In this document: positions 49,357 through 58,858 of the stretch, in pieces
How positions within the stretch are numbered: position 1 is the first letter of the stretch
Layout of the letters: every line of letters begins with the position of its first letter
NCBI GenBank assembly: GCA_965224085.1
Contig: CBDCYI010000005.1
Location: 992,001 to 1,056,000, forward strand
Origin: Candidatus Marinacidobacterales bacterium
GTDB lineage: Bacteria; Acidobacteriota; Vicinamibacteria; Marinacidobacterales; SMYC01
Length of the DNA stretch: 64,000 bases
Reading direction: 5' to 3'
Made by a program: the position numbers and the translations under genes
Notes under the pieces: generated by a model
Databases searched by the model: none
The model's input: only the letters and a program-made list of their open reading frames with translations
What the model was told of the DNA's origin: nothing

Positions 49357-50130
49357 TTAGTGCGTCATCCCGTAAACGACGTAGTTGACGCCGAGCTTGA
49401 AAGCCTCGTTCGAGATATCGATGGGTACCCAGCCACTTCCTGACCATTCCCAATAGTCGCCGATATCGTGGTTGTAGTTCGCAATCACCATGAGCCGCTT
49501 TTTAGGATCGTTGTCTTCAAAGATGCCGTAGTAAACGGGCTGGTATCCGGGAAAGGTGGGGTGCTCGAAATCGAGCGTTTCGATGTAGAAGAACGAATTG
49601 AAAATCGGATGCGAGACGTCCAGCTCCACGAGCTGGTAGTCGGGCATCACTTTGCGCATCTGCTCGACGTAGTTGTACCACTGCCATTCCGTGATGAAAT
49701 CGTCGACGACGAGAAACCCGCCTTTGAGTAAATAAGTGCGCAGGCTTTCGGCTTCGGCCTCCGTCGGGTTCCAGAACCCGACCTCGCAGAGATAAGCCCA
49801 GGGATAGCGAAACAGCTCGGGATCGTCGAGCGCGTAAATGTTGCTCTTCCCCATATTAGGCGCGATCGACGTGTGATGCTTCAGGATCGTCATCAGATTT
49901 CGCTCGGCCTTGGGGTAGTCGTGATTCCATTTGAGATCCAGCCCCCATTGATACGGACCTCGCCCCCATCGCGTCGGTTCGAACTTTACCCGGACGAACG
50001 TGAACTTCCCGTTATAGGGGTGGTTGTCATAGGGAACGTCGAACCCTTGCAGTAGGCTCGCGGCGATCGGGACGGCGAGGCTCGTGACGACCACAGCTGC
50101 GCTCGCGAGAAACAATTTCTTTTTCTTCAC
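49357..50130 (-). CDS. Secreted DUF4159 protein
   Basis: Signal peptide; W.HDYPKAE, LF.YPWAY, LR.YLLKGGFLVVDDF, HPIF, DIGDYWE, KLGVNYVVYGMTH. Confidence 0.88.
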   Translation of the reverse strand: MKKKKLFLASAAVVVTSLAVPIAASLLQGFDVPYDNHPYNGKFTFVRVKFEPTRWGRGPYQWGLDLKWNHDYPKAERNLMTILKHHTSIAPNMGKSNIYALDDPELFRYPWAYLCEVGFWNPTEAEAESLRTYLLKGGFLVVDDFITEWQWYNYVEQMRKVMPDYQLVELDVSHPIFNSFFYIETLDFEHPTFPGYQPVYYGIFEDNDPKKRLMVIANYNHDIGDYWEWSGSGWVPIDISNEAFKLGVNYVVYGMTH

Positions 50131-52784
50131 GCTCCATCGCCTTTGTCGGAACGTGAGAGCTGCAGCAAGAGCGCGAGACCGTCTTTGAAGGCCGGGGCGA
50201 GCTCAAGGGCTCTCAGAAGCTCCTTGCGCGCACTCCGATCGTCCCCCGCCTCGTGGTAGGCGAGCGCGAGGTCATAGAGTCCCTGCGCGCGGTCCGTCGT
50301 GAGTGCTAAGAGCGCGCGGCGCTCGACGATGACCTCGTCCTTCCGCCCCATTTCACGATAGAGCTCCGCGAGCCGTTGATGGTCCTCGAGCTCGAACGGG
50401 TAGATATAGACTGCGCGCTTCAGGATCTCCGCGGCCTTCGCTTTCTCATCCAGATCCGCGTACAGCCCGGCGAGCGTAACGTGCGCATCGTAATGGTTCT
50501 CATTGATGTCGACGAAGGTCGCGAGCTCTTGGGCGGCACGGTCGATGTCGCCTCGATTCTCGTGGATCTTCGCGAGTGCTAAATAGGCATTGCCTTCGCC
50601 GGCATATTGAGGGAATAGCTTCTTGGCGCGCTCGAGAAGTTTCTCGGCCTTTTCGACGTCACCCTCTTCGAGGGCGCGCCGTCCGGTCTCGAGCTGGGCG
50701 ATAAAATCGAACTCGTCTTCTTCGGCGCGAGTCGCGAGCTCCTCTACTGAGTCGGGAGTCGCATCGTCTTCGGGCGGGAGCCGAAGGGTCGCGGCAATCG
50801 CGTCGAAGCGATCGGCCAAGTATTCGCCGAAGCGGGTGTCGAACGCGTCGAGCGTCAGGCCGAGCACTTTCTCGAATACTTCAGGCGTCGAGAGACTTTC
50901 ACGATAGGCCGCCAACATGTCGCGGATCGCTTGAAACTCGAAGTCGCGCTCGATGAGCTCCGCGACGAGCGACGCCTGATAGTAAGAAATCCCGATCTGT
51001 TGCGGGTAGGTGGGACGCATAAAACCATTATTGAGCTCCGCAACCTTCAGTAGCCGCTCGCGCTGATAGGCCGCGAGAAAGCCGAGATTCACGTCGTCAC
51101 CCCAACCCGGGTGCGCGCGCCGCTCTTCGAGCACGGAAAGACCCTCCGAGAACCAACGCGGCACTTTGTGATCGGTCATGCCGAGCGTTACCGTGTGGGC
51201 GAGCTCGTGCCAGAGCGTCGACGCCCAATTGAACTGACCCTTCGGGCGAGCGGAAGGTGAATCGACCGCAATCACGGGGCCGAAGCAAACGCCGAGCGCG
51301 CCGAGCCCGGGAAGCCCGAGCGTGCGCACCGAGAAGTCGCCGTGCGAGCGGAACACCTCGATCCGGATCGGCGTGGGCGGTTCGTATTGGTAGAGCTCAG
51401 ACAGTTTCTTGTAGGCCTCTTCCGCGACGCTTGCGTAGTGTACTGAGAGCAGATCGGATTCTTGACCTTCGATGAAGATCTCGAACCGCTTGGTCGGCGT
51501 CGTTTCGTAGTCGACGAAGGTGTCGAGAAGATCGAGCGTGTTCTTGTTCCAGATGTGGTAGGGGTCGCCTTTGAAGGAGAGTTCGAGATTCTTGGTCCCT
51601 TCTTCGATATCGCCGAGCCGGAGCTGGTTGACGCCGAGAAGCCCGTAGCCCCACCACGAGCGTTCGTCGAGATTCACTGCCTTGGCGGCGAAATCCACGG
51701 CGCGCTCGTAAAGACGATTGTTGACGGCGATCTCGGAGAGTTTGTTGTAGAAATCCGCGTGGCGCGGGTTCCGCTCGAGGGCGCGCGCCTCGACCGCGCG
51801 GAAGCCGGCTTCGTCGCCGCTCAAAAGCTCGGCCGCGGCCAAAATCGGAAGCGCATCGGGCGACAGCGGGTTCACGTCGAGCGCTTTTTGAGCTTCCTCT
51901 CGCGCGCGACCGTAATCCTCGAGCCCGAGATGCTGCTCGGCGACAAACGCACGAGCCGCGACGTGATTCGAATTCACTTCGAGCACTTTCTCGGCCAAAG
52001 TGAGCGCTTCGGGCGAGCCGTCGAAGGCCTTCACTTGGGCCATACCGAAAAGAGCTTCGGGATGGTTCGCGTTCATGGAGAGCGCTTCCTCGAAGCTCGA
52101 GCTGGCGTCGGGGCTGTTATATTTCTCGAGAAACAAGGAGCCCGCGAAAATCGTCGGCGCAATCGACGAGGGGTCGGCTGCTTTCGCTTCGTCGAGGGCT
52201 TTCAAGGCGTCCTTGAAGAGCTGCGGGTTCGTCGCGCCGAGATACCAGCAAGCGACGCCTACCGCGACGAGTTGGTCGGCGCGCAGCGACGAGCTGCGGT
52301 TGTAGACGTCGATGAACGCATCGAACCGGCGGAGCGCTTCGTCTACGTCACCCTGCTCCCGATAAAGGATCGCGAGGTTGAGCTCGGCCGACAGATGATT
52401 GCGCGCGCCCCCCGCAATCGCTTTCTCGAAGGCTACACGGGCCTCATCAATACGTCCCGTCTCGTAAAGAACCTCGCCACGCACGTTCTCGAGCTCTACC
52501 GACGCCGGCTCTTTCGTGACAAAGGCGTCAACGCGGTCGAGCGCCTCATCGTTGTGACCCGTAAGCCGAAGCGCTTCGATCCAACCGTGATAGAGACGAG
52601 GGGTCGGCATGTTGACCGATGCCGCCTCGAACGCCGCGATGGCGTCGGGGTAACGCCCCTCAAAAAGCGCCAACTCCGCATCCTCGAGACTAGCCCCCGC
52701 CGCATGTACAAAACCCCCAACTAGCAGGAGAACAACATTAAAAAACCGCAGATAGCCGGAACCAATTGGCAGGTAGCTGGTCAC
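50127..52784 (-). CDS. Secreted TPR protein with central gluzincin (peptidase MA-like) domain
   Basis: TPR arrays on both sides of TLWHELAHTVT..VPRWFSEGLS..SYYQAS. Confidence 0.85.
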   Translation of the reverse strand: MTSYLPIGSGYLRFFNVVLLLVGGFVHAAGASLEDAELALFEGRYPDAIAAFEAASVNMPTPRLYHGWIEALRLTGHNDEALDRVDAFVTKEPASVELENVRGEVLYETGRIDEARVAFEKAIAGGARNHLSAELNLAILYREQGDVDEALRRFDAFIDVYNRSSSLRADQLVAVGVACWYLGATNPQLFKDALKALDEAKAADPSSIAPTIFAGSLFLEKYNSPDASSSFEEALSMNANHPEALFGMAQVKAFDGSPEALTLAEKVLEVNSNHVAARAFVAEQHLGLEDYGRAREEAQKALDVNPLSPDALPILAAAELLSGDEAGFRAVEARALERNPRHADFYNKLSEIAVNNRLYERAVDFAAKAVNLDERSWWGYGLLGVNQLRLGDIEEGTKNLELSFKGDPYHIWNKNTLDLLDTFVDYETTPTKRFEIFIEGQESDLLSVHYASVAEEAYKKLSELYQYEPPTPIRIEVFRSHGDFSVRTLGLPGLGALGVCFGPVIAVDSPSARPKGQFNWASTLWHELAHTVTLGMTDHKVPRWFSEGLSVLEERRAHPGWGDDVNLGFLAAYQRERLLKVAELNNGFMRPTYPQQIGISYYQASLVAELIERDFEFQAIRDMLAAYRESLSTPEVFEKVLGLTLDAFDTRFGEYLADRFDAIAATLRLPPEDDATPDSVEELATRAEEDEFDFIAQLETGRRALEEGDVEKAEKLLERAKKLFPQYAGEGNAYLALAKIHENRGDIDRAAQELATFVDINENHYDAHVTLAGLYADLDEKAKAAEILKRAVYIYPFELEDHQRLAELYREMGRKDEVIVERRALLALTTDRAQGLYDLALAYHEAGDDRSARKELLRALELAPAFKDGLALLLQLSRSDKGDGA

Positions 52785-53776
52785 GGCCGCCTCTCCTCAA
52801 TACTGGCCGTGACCCGCGCGAGCTCCAAAAGCACCTGCTCGAGCTCTTGCATATACAAATCTTCCGGCATCGAGTCTTTCTGTTGCCGAAGCGCTACGAC
52901 GCGCGCCTCGAGCTCACGCCGTTTCTCAACGAGCTTCGCGAGCTCTGGATCCGCCGCGATATCGGCGTCTTGGAACCCTTCGGCCACCGCGGCGTCACCC
53001 ATGAGATAAGCCGTGCCCGCCAGGTCGCCCTCGTTGTCTGAAGGCTCGTGAGTGCCCTCACCGTCCCCGTTATCGTCGAGAATCGAATGCTCGGTTTGAA
53101 GCATGTTTTCTTCGTCGTAGTAACCCTTCACGCGAATCCGGGCATAGGTGTAAGCTTCCAGCACCGACACGCGCTCGTTCTTGTCCGTGTCCGCCCCGTC
53201 TCCAGAGTAGGCCTCTACGAAATACTGTCCAAACTGCGATTCATTCCGCTCGTAGCCGCTCTTCGTCGCTGTCGCCACGATGCGATTGGGCCCCGAGAGA
53301 ATGGGAAGAAAATTCCCGCTCGCACTCGACGCATTGACGAAAACGATTTGTTGCCCGCCAAAAGGCTTCAAGATCGCGTCGAAATCCTCGGCAGTCAAAT
53401 CCGGCCCGGGCAAATTGAACCGCGATTGCTCCGAGCGGAAGCTTCCGTGACCGATGAGCAGCACATAGAGCTGGTCGCCCGGGCGCACTTTTGTCTGGAT
53501 TCTCTCGAAAATCGCGATGACGTTATCCTTGGTCGACTTGGCGTGCACGAGCTCGGGAGAAAGCTCGACTTTCTCGGCGAGGTAGAAAACGTGGTCTTCG
53601 GGGAGGGCCGCGTCCGTTAGCGCCGCGTCACGCATCGCGAGCGACCATTGGTGGAACTTCTCGCGGTACCGCTCCTCGCCGCCGAGGCCCGAAATGATGA
53701 CGAGGTAGCTTTGGTTCGCGGTCGCGCCGGCGGCCAAGCTCAGGATGAGGATGAGCGCGAACGCCCTCGCGATCAT
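52781..53776 (-). CDS. Secreted caspase/C13-like fold protein
   Basis: ATG 53776 overlaps upstream TGA; signal peptide, LVIISGLGG, VLLIGHGS, FNLPGPD, FVNASSASG, ADTDKNERVS, LDDNGDG. Confidence 0.7.
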   Translation of the reverse strand: MIARAFALILILSLAAGATANQSYLVIISGLGGEERYREKFHQWSLAMRDAALTDAALPEDHVFYLAEKVELSPELVHAKSTKDNVIAIFERIQTKVRPGDQLYVLLIGHGSFRSEQSRFNLPGPDLTAEDFDAILKPFGGQQIVFVNASSASGNFLPILSGPNRIVATATKSGYERNESQFGQYFVEAYSGDGADTDKNERVSVLEAYTYARIRVKGYYDEENMLQTEHSILDDNGDGEGTHEPSDNEGDLAGTAYLMGDAAVAEGFQDADIAADPELAKLVEKRRELEARVVALRQQKDSMPEDLYMQELEQVLLELARVTASIEERRP

Positions 53777-56082
53777 GCGAGTCCTCGGAGCTTTCGGTAG
53801 CCCCACTCCGAGCCGACGATGCCGACGAGCATCAAGAAGATGAAGGGCATGTCCCAGAGATCCCGGTACTCGCGCACGGTCATCCCGCCTTCGGCATAAG
53901 TCATATCCTCTGGAAGACGGGCGACCGTCTCCGGCGTGTAAAACTGGCCGCCGGTCTCGTCCGCGACGCGCTCCAAAAGAGGCGTGCGCATCTCGGCCTG
54001 AAAGTACTCCTCATCGAGGTCTTGGGACTCGGTGAAGCCCCGCGCGGTCCCGAACTCGACACCGTCGCGCATGGCCGAGACGTCGATTTCATAGATGCCC
54101 TTTTCCCTGGGCAAGAAATTTCCGCGATACTCGCCGTCCTTGTCGACCGTCCACTCCATCGGGACTTCGAAACGCTCGCCCGAGGGTGTCCGCACGGTGG
54201 CCGTGATTTGGGCGTTGTTGACTTTCAAGAAACGGTCGTCATCCGCTTCGGCGAGCAGCGAGACGCTCTCGCCGGGCGCGTAACGGTGTTTTTCGGCGCT
54301 TATCGCTACTTGTTGGGGAACGTAGCTCACGAGCCACCGCAGAAGTTTTCGCCAGAGCAGCTCGTGCGTCATGTCCTCGAGCGGCATGTCGTGATGCATC
54401 TGCCATTGCCACGAATCGTTGACCGTGAAGGCGATCGACTTTCCCCGACCGTATCGCTGGAAGACGAGAACAGGCTGCTCGTCCACCCCCGGTCCCGAGC
54501 CCGTGAGAAGCGTCGTGGCGCCCGGCTTCACCGCGCGCACATCGTTCAGCGTCGATAGCGGCGGCAGCGTCGCCCAACGTTCGCTGCTCGCATCGACCTC
54601 CTGGCCGAACTGCGTGACAGGATGGGTCGTTCCGAACGGCGTCGGCTTCACCGCGAGCGTGCTGAAAAAAGCCGGGCCGGCGAGCTCCTCCGCTTCGGAG
54701 CGCTCTTTGGCCGGAGAGAGCTCGACGGGAAGCACGTCCGCGACAGGTGTTCCGGCATAGCCGCCCCCGGATAGCGCGAGACGGCCGCCGAGCACGAGCA
54801 AACCGCCGCCGCGCTGGCTGACGAAGTCCGCGATCATTCGGAGCTGGTCATGCGTGAAATGGCTCGCTTCGATACTCCCTAGAATGAGGCCCCGATATTT
54901 GAAGAGCTCCTCGCGCGTTTTAGGGAAGCCGCTCGCGAGCTCTTCGGAATCGTCGATGTCGAGCCGCAGGAATTTGTTCTCCGCGGTGCGATTGAGACAG
55001 ACGACCTGCAGATTCTCGTCATCCGCTACCGCGCGGCGGATGAACCCGAGCTCGAAGCGCGGCTCGCCTTCGAAGTACAAAATCTTGGGCCGTTCATCCT
55101 CGACATAGATGAGTTGGTCGCGCTGATTGTTCTGCGAGACCATCTCACCGTCCTCGGTCGCTACGCGAAAACGGAAGATGCGCGCTCCGGGATTCGCGAC
55201 GGTGAAATGAATCCGCACCGTCGTCGCCTCGGCGGAAAGCTCGACCTCGCGCGAGTTCACGATTCGGCCGTCATCCTCGACGTCGAGGCGGACGGTTTCG
55301 CCGTTGAAGCCCCGCTGCGAGATCGTGACGTCCACGATGAGCGACGAGCCTACGAGAACGCTCCTTGGAGCTTCGACCCGAGAGACTTCGATGTCCCGAG
55401 TAAAGCGCTCACGTCCGAGGCCAACGGTATAGACCGGCACTTTCCGCGCTTGAAGCTCGAGCAAGGTGTCGCTGATCGCCGCGTTCGAGTTATCGGCGCC
55501 GTCGCTCATGACGACGAGGCCCGCGAGAGGAACGTTACTAAGCTCTTCGGCGCTCCGGGTGAGAGCGCGCGAGAGGTGCGTCCGTGCCCCTGCGAAGCCG
55601 AGCGCCGCAGGATCGTTCAAGCGTTGCGCTGTCTCCGAGAAGCGGAAAAAACGTAGCATGAACTTGTCAGAGAGCGCTTTCGCGAGCGCGCTCCCCTCGG
55701 GACCAAAGGTGCCCTGAATGAAACCGCCACGAGGCTCGTCTTCGACATCCGCGATCTGCATGCTGCGCGAGTCGTCGAGCAAGATGCCTACAAAGCTCCG
55801 CTGCGGAACGACCGTCGACAAGATGAGCGAAGGACGAAACAGGCAGAACAAGACGAGCAGCAATGCCGCCGCCCTCAAACCGGTGAGCACGAGACGATCG
55901 CGGGCGGTGCTCTTGCCGCGCACGTCCCGATAACGCAGCACCGTAGGCACCGCGAGAACGACCGCAACGAAGCCGGCCAGGATGATCGGCCAGGAGACTC
56001 CGAGGCTGAGCTCGCCTCGCTCGAAGAGCAACGGGCGGTACTTGAATAGAAACTCGAAAACGCTTTCGAACCAGGATGCCAT
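53773..56082 (-). CDS. Membrane protein with vWA, Ig-like and class-I GATase-like (DUF1355-type) domains
   Basis: TM segments, MIDAS LLDDSRSM, VMSDGADN, ILYFEGEPR, GFPKTREELFKY, FVSQRGGGLLVLGG, YGRGKS, C-terminal TM with EWGYRK. Confidence 0.85.
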   Translation of the reverse strand: MASWFESVFEFLFKYRPLLFERGELSLGVSWPIILAGFVAVVLAVPTVLRYRDVRGKSTARDRLVLTGLRAAALLLVLFCLFRPSLILSTVVPQRSFVGILLDDSRSMQIADVEDEPRGGFIQGTFGPEGSALAKALSDKFMLRFFRFSETAQRLNDPAALGFAGARTHLSRALTRSAEELSNVPLAGLVVMSDGADNSNAAISDTLLELQARKVPVYTVGLGRERFTRDIEVSRVEAPRSVLVGSSLIVDVTISQRGFNGETVRLDVEDDGRIVNSREVELSAEATTVRIHFTVANPGARIFRFRVATEDGEMVSQNNQRDQLIYVEDERPKILYFEGEPRFELGFIRRAVADDENLQVVCLNRTAENKFLRLDIDDSEELASGFPKTREELFKYRGLILGSIEASHFTHDQLRMIADFVSQRGGGLLVLGGRLALSGGGYAGTPVADVLPVELSPAKERSEAEELAGPAFFSTLAVKPTPFGTTHPVTQFGQEVDASSERWATLPPLSTLNDVRAVKPGATTLLTGSGPGVDEQPVLVFQRYGRGKSIAFTVNDSWQWQMHHDMPLEDMTHELLWRKLLRWLVSYVPQQVAISAEKHRYAPGESVSLLAEADDDRFLKVNNAQITATVRTPSGERFEVPMEWTVDKDGEYRGNFLPREKGIYEIDVSAMRDGVEFGTARGFTESQDLDEEYFQAEMRTPLLERVADETGGQFYTPETVARLPEDMTYAEGGMTVREYRDLWDMPFIFLMLVGIVGSEWGYRKLRGLA

Positions 56083-57044
56083 CAATGACTCATTGCGTAG
56101 ATAATGAAATTTACTCCCATTTGGTAAGCATAGGTCGAGAACTTGAGCGGGTAATAGGGATTTTCAGCCCACTCCCAAGCGTCTCCGAGATCTGTGTTCC
56201 AATTGATCACGACCATGAGCCGCCCCTGCTCATCGAAAACACCCTTCACAGCCGGATAATAGCCATCCGACTCCCACGTCGGACCCCCTTGCATACCTTG
56301 TCCGACATTGGGAACTTGAATGATCTCTTTTACGTCGTAAAAGCAGCTGAAAATCGGATGATCGAGCGGGAGGTCCACAATCGGATATCCGGGAAGAATG
56401 CGCTGAAACTGGTTCTGGAAGTTCTCGAACTCGAAGGTGCCCCAAAAATCATCGACGACGAGAAAGCCGCCCGCCTGGAGATAGCGCCTCAGCCCTTCGA
56501 CCTCGAGCTCGGTGAGCGCCATGTAGCCGACCTCGACCGTATATAGGAACGGAAAGCGTCCGAGGTCCGGGTCCGTGAGCCGCACCGGATTCTCGGCCTC
56601 GAACGCATCTAGATTCGTGAGCCGTCGGAGCCCGATCAAGAACTGCCGATCCGCCTTCGGAAAATCGACGCTCCAGCTGCGATAGTCCCGAAAACGGAAA
56701 TGACCGGTATAGGCAGCGCGAGAGAAATAAAACTCACGCGGAACACGTGGGTCGCTAATCTCAGGGTTCCGGTGCTGCTGAAGCGCTTGCGGCAGCGTGA
56801 AAAGGTTTTGCGGGGAACCGGATGTTTGTGGCGGTTCGTTTTTGGCTTGTGCTACTGGTTTTAGTGGTGTTGCGGGCTTTTTGAGCATTACCGAAAGGCC
56901 TAGCAGGCGCAGCGGCGGCCGGTAGTGCGCGGCCGCGCCCAAGCATGTGAGCAGCGCTACAACAATGGCAGCGCCGACCGCAAAGGTTCGGCGGCTCCGC
57001 CAACGCGTTGCTATGTACTGGCCTTCGTACGGGGGCACAGCCAT
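56082..57044 (-). CDS. DUF4159 protein with N-terminal TM/signal segment
   Basis: WSVDFPKAD, LRRYLQAGGFLVVDDFWG, HPIF, NTDLGDAWE, QMGVNFIIYAMSH. Confidence 0.88.
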   Translation of the reverse strand: MAVPPYEGQYIATRWRSRRTFAVGAAIVVALLTCLGAAAHYRPPLRLLGLSVMLKKPATPLKPVAQAKNEPPQTSGSPQNLFTLPQALQQHRNPEISDPRVPREFYFSRAAYTGHFRFRDYRSWSVDFPKADRQFLIGLRRLTNLDAFEAENPVRLTDPDLGRFPFLYTVEVGYMALTELEVEGLRRYLQAGGFLVVDDFWGTFEFENFQNQFQRILPGYPIVDLPLDHPIFSCFYDVKEIIQVPNVGQGMQGGPTWESDGYYPAVKGVFDEQGRLMVVINWNTDLGDAWEWAENPYYPLKFSTYAYQMGVNFIIYAMSH

Positions 57045-57148
57045 CCTTTTCTTACCGCCTCCGGGATCGTTCTCTTTACCCGAAGGCCCCGACTCAGCTC
57101 GATTTCGAGTGGTAGCTTCCTGAACCGGCTTGGTTGGTCTACGTCTTT

Positions 57149-57169
57149 ATTATACGTCACGACGTCACG
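57149..57169 (-). promoter_or_regulatory. Putative operon promoter: TATAAT with adjacent 8-bp tandem repeat
   Basis: Minus-strand TATAAT at 57154-57149; ACGTCACG twice at 57154-57169. Confidence 0.45.
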
Positions 57170-57254
57170 GCACGCGCTCGCTCACGAGGATTTCACCACA
57201 GTCGTGCAGCAACACTTCTAGGTTCGAGGATTGAACAAGGCGGCCGGGCGGAAT

Positions 57255-57563
57255 TCAGCCGAGCCAGCGATGGTCGACGACGAAAGAGAAATCCGGATCG
57301 AGCTTTCGAATCACGAGTTCCGAGGCGAGCGACTTCCCGCAAGCTCGAGCGAGGAGATCGCCCGATGAAACGTTTTCAGAGCTCGTACGCTCCTCCGCGA
57401 GCTTTAGAGCGTCGTCGGTGATTCGGCAGGTACCCGCGACGTTGCCGCTCGGCTGCCCAGAGACCGTGGCGCCGTAGGGGTTGAACTTGTCACCTTCGCC
57501 GCGCTCTTTCTTCTCGAGCACGATTTCATATTGCGTATCTCGTACCGTGAACTTGGCTCTCAT
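57255..57563 (-). CDS. Hypothetical protein
   Basis: About 102-aa ORF from ATG 57563, preceded by TGnTACGAT. Confidence 0.65.
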   Translation of the reverse strand: MRAKFTVRDTQYEIVLEKKERGEGDKFNPYGATVSGQPSGNVAGTCRITDDALKLAEERTSSENVSSGDLLARACGKSLASELVIRKLDPDFSFVVDHRWLG

Positions 57564-57620
57564 AGCACCCGCATCGTAGCAGCCACCGGTCGTCAATCGC
57601 CAGTCTCTCTCTAGAGTGTT

Positions 57621-57662
57621 TAGCCAGGTGAACCTGAAAGCGCTTGAACCGCAGAGACGATT
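57621..57662. repeat. Dispersed ~43-bp intergenic repeat, copy A
   Basis: 33/43 identical to 62822-62864 by manual alignment; first 22 nt 19/22. Confidence 0.7.
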
Positions 57663-57739
57663 CTGACTGGTTATAGGCTAGATCCAAAAGGTGAACGGAA
57701 TCCGCGAATCCGGGCGTTTGGATTCTTGGTTGCGGTGGG

Positions 57740-58696
57740 CTATTGGTTTGTTGGCGGGGGCTCCGGGCCGAAATAGCCGCGGCGGTGGCGTACCTTGACG
57801 TCGTCCACATCGACGTTGACTTTGATCTTCCGGTACTTCCCGTTGGTCTCTTTATTGGAGGATAGGTAGGCGATGTTGTACTGGCTGAAGAGCTCGTCGA
57901 GGATCTTGTCGAAGAGCTCGTCGATTCCCTTCAACGACTGGCCCTGCGCGTAGGAGCCCCCCGTCTCGCGCGCAAGTTGACGCAGAAACCGGCTCTCTTG
58001 GAAACGGCTGCTCGCACGCGAGTTCCCCGCGAAGTGGATAGAGTGCATCGTGACGTTGGAAAGCTTCACCATTTCGTAGATCTCGCCGATGCCCAAGGTG
58101 CTTCGCGAGTCGACGCCGTCGCTGAAAATGACGAGCGTCTTGCGGCCATCAAGGTCGTAAACGCGCTCCATAAAAGTCGCGACCGCATCGTAGAGTGCCG
58201 TCCAGCCCTCAGACTCGACCTCGTAGATACGATCGGCAATGACCCGTTGATCGTCGGACGAGTACCGAGACAGACGTATGTTCTCATCGAAATCCATGAT
58301 GAACAAGCTCTCGGTCTTGGGGATATTCATCAGGAACTTGATGGCGGCGCTTTGCAAAAGGGGCATGTCGTCTTCCATGCTGCCGCTCGCGTCCAGAATA
58401 AGTCCGATGACTTGGCGGCCCGAAAGCTCGTCCTTGACGTCCGGAGGCAGCCCCACCCAAGACTCGTCGAGTCCCGAGGCAAAGAGCTCGATCTTCTGCT
58501 CTACGCCGTCCTCGTAGACCTTGAACTGATCTTGGGTGAGGTCCCTCACGAAGTTGCCGTCGCCGTCTTGAACGGCGATCGCGACCGACACCATCTCGAC
58601 GTCGCTTATGAATGTGGGGATGCGTTGATCTTCCTCTTGCGCGAGCGCCACCACCGCGCAAAGAACGAGAACACCAACGAGATTCAGCAAACGCAC
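57740..58696 (-). CDS. Secreted VWA-domain protein (acidobacterial VWFA-related type)
   Basis: Signal peptide; V.D..GNFVRDLT..QF.VYEDGVEQKI, LDASGSM, TALYDA, FSDGVD, LARETGG, QYNIAY, VRHRRGY. Confidence 0.88.
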   Translation of the reverse strand: MRLLNLVGVLVLCAVVALAQEEDQRIPTFISDVEMVSVAIAVQDGDGNFVRDLTQDQFKVYEDGVEQKIELFASGLDESWVGLPPDVKDELSGRQVIGLILDASGSMEDDMPLLQSAAIKFLMNIPKTESLFIMDFDENIRLSRYSSDDQRVIADRIYEVESEGWTALYDAVATFMERVYDLDGRKTLVIFSDGVDSRSTLGIGEIYEMVKLSNVTMHSIHFAGNSRASSRFQESRFLRQLARETGGSYAQGQSLKGIDELFDKILDELFSQYNIAYLSSNKETNGKYRKIKVNVDVDDVKVRHRRGYFGPEPPPTNQ

Positions 58697-58858
58697 GACT
58701 CCCTTGTAACACACCGCGCGTCGAGCTTGAAGCGGTAGGGTGGCGCAAAGTGCCAAAGAAATAGAGACTGGGGGATAGGAGGGGATCATGAGAGCTTGCG
58801 GTTTCGTATTCCAACCTCTCCGTGGCCTAAACATCGACAAGCAGTTATTAACCGCGCG

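Noticed and set aside
56860-56903. Possible 39-bp in-frame insertion flanked by CTA in the DUF4159 gene
   Set aside because: Lower GC and a 3-bp repeat are too weak without homologue alignment; it may be a natural linker.
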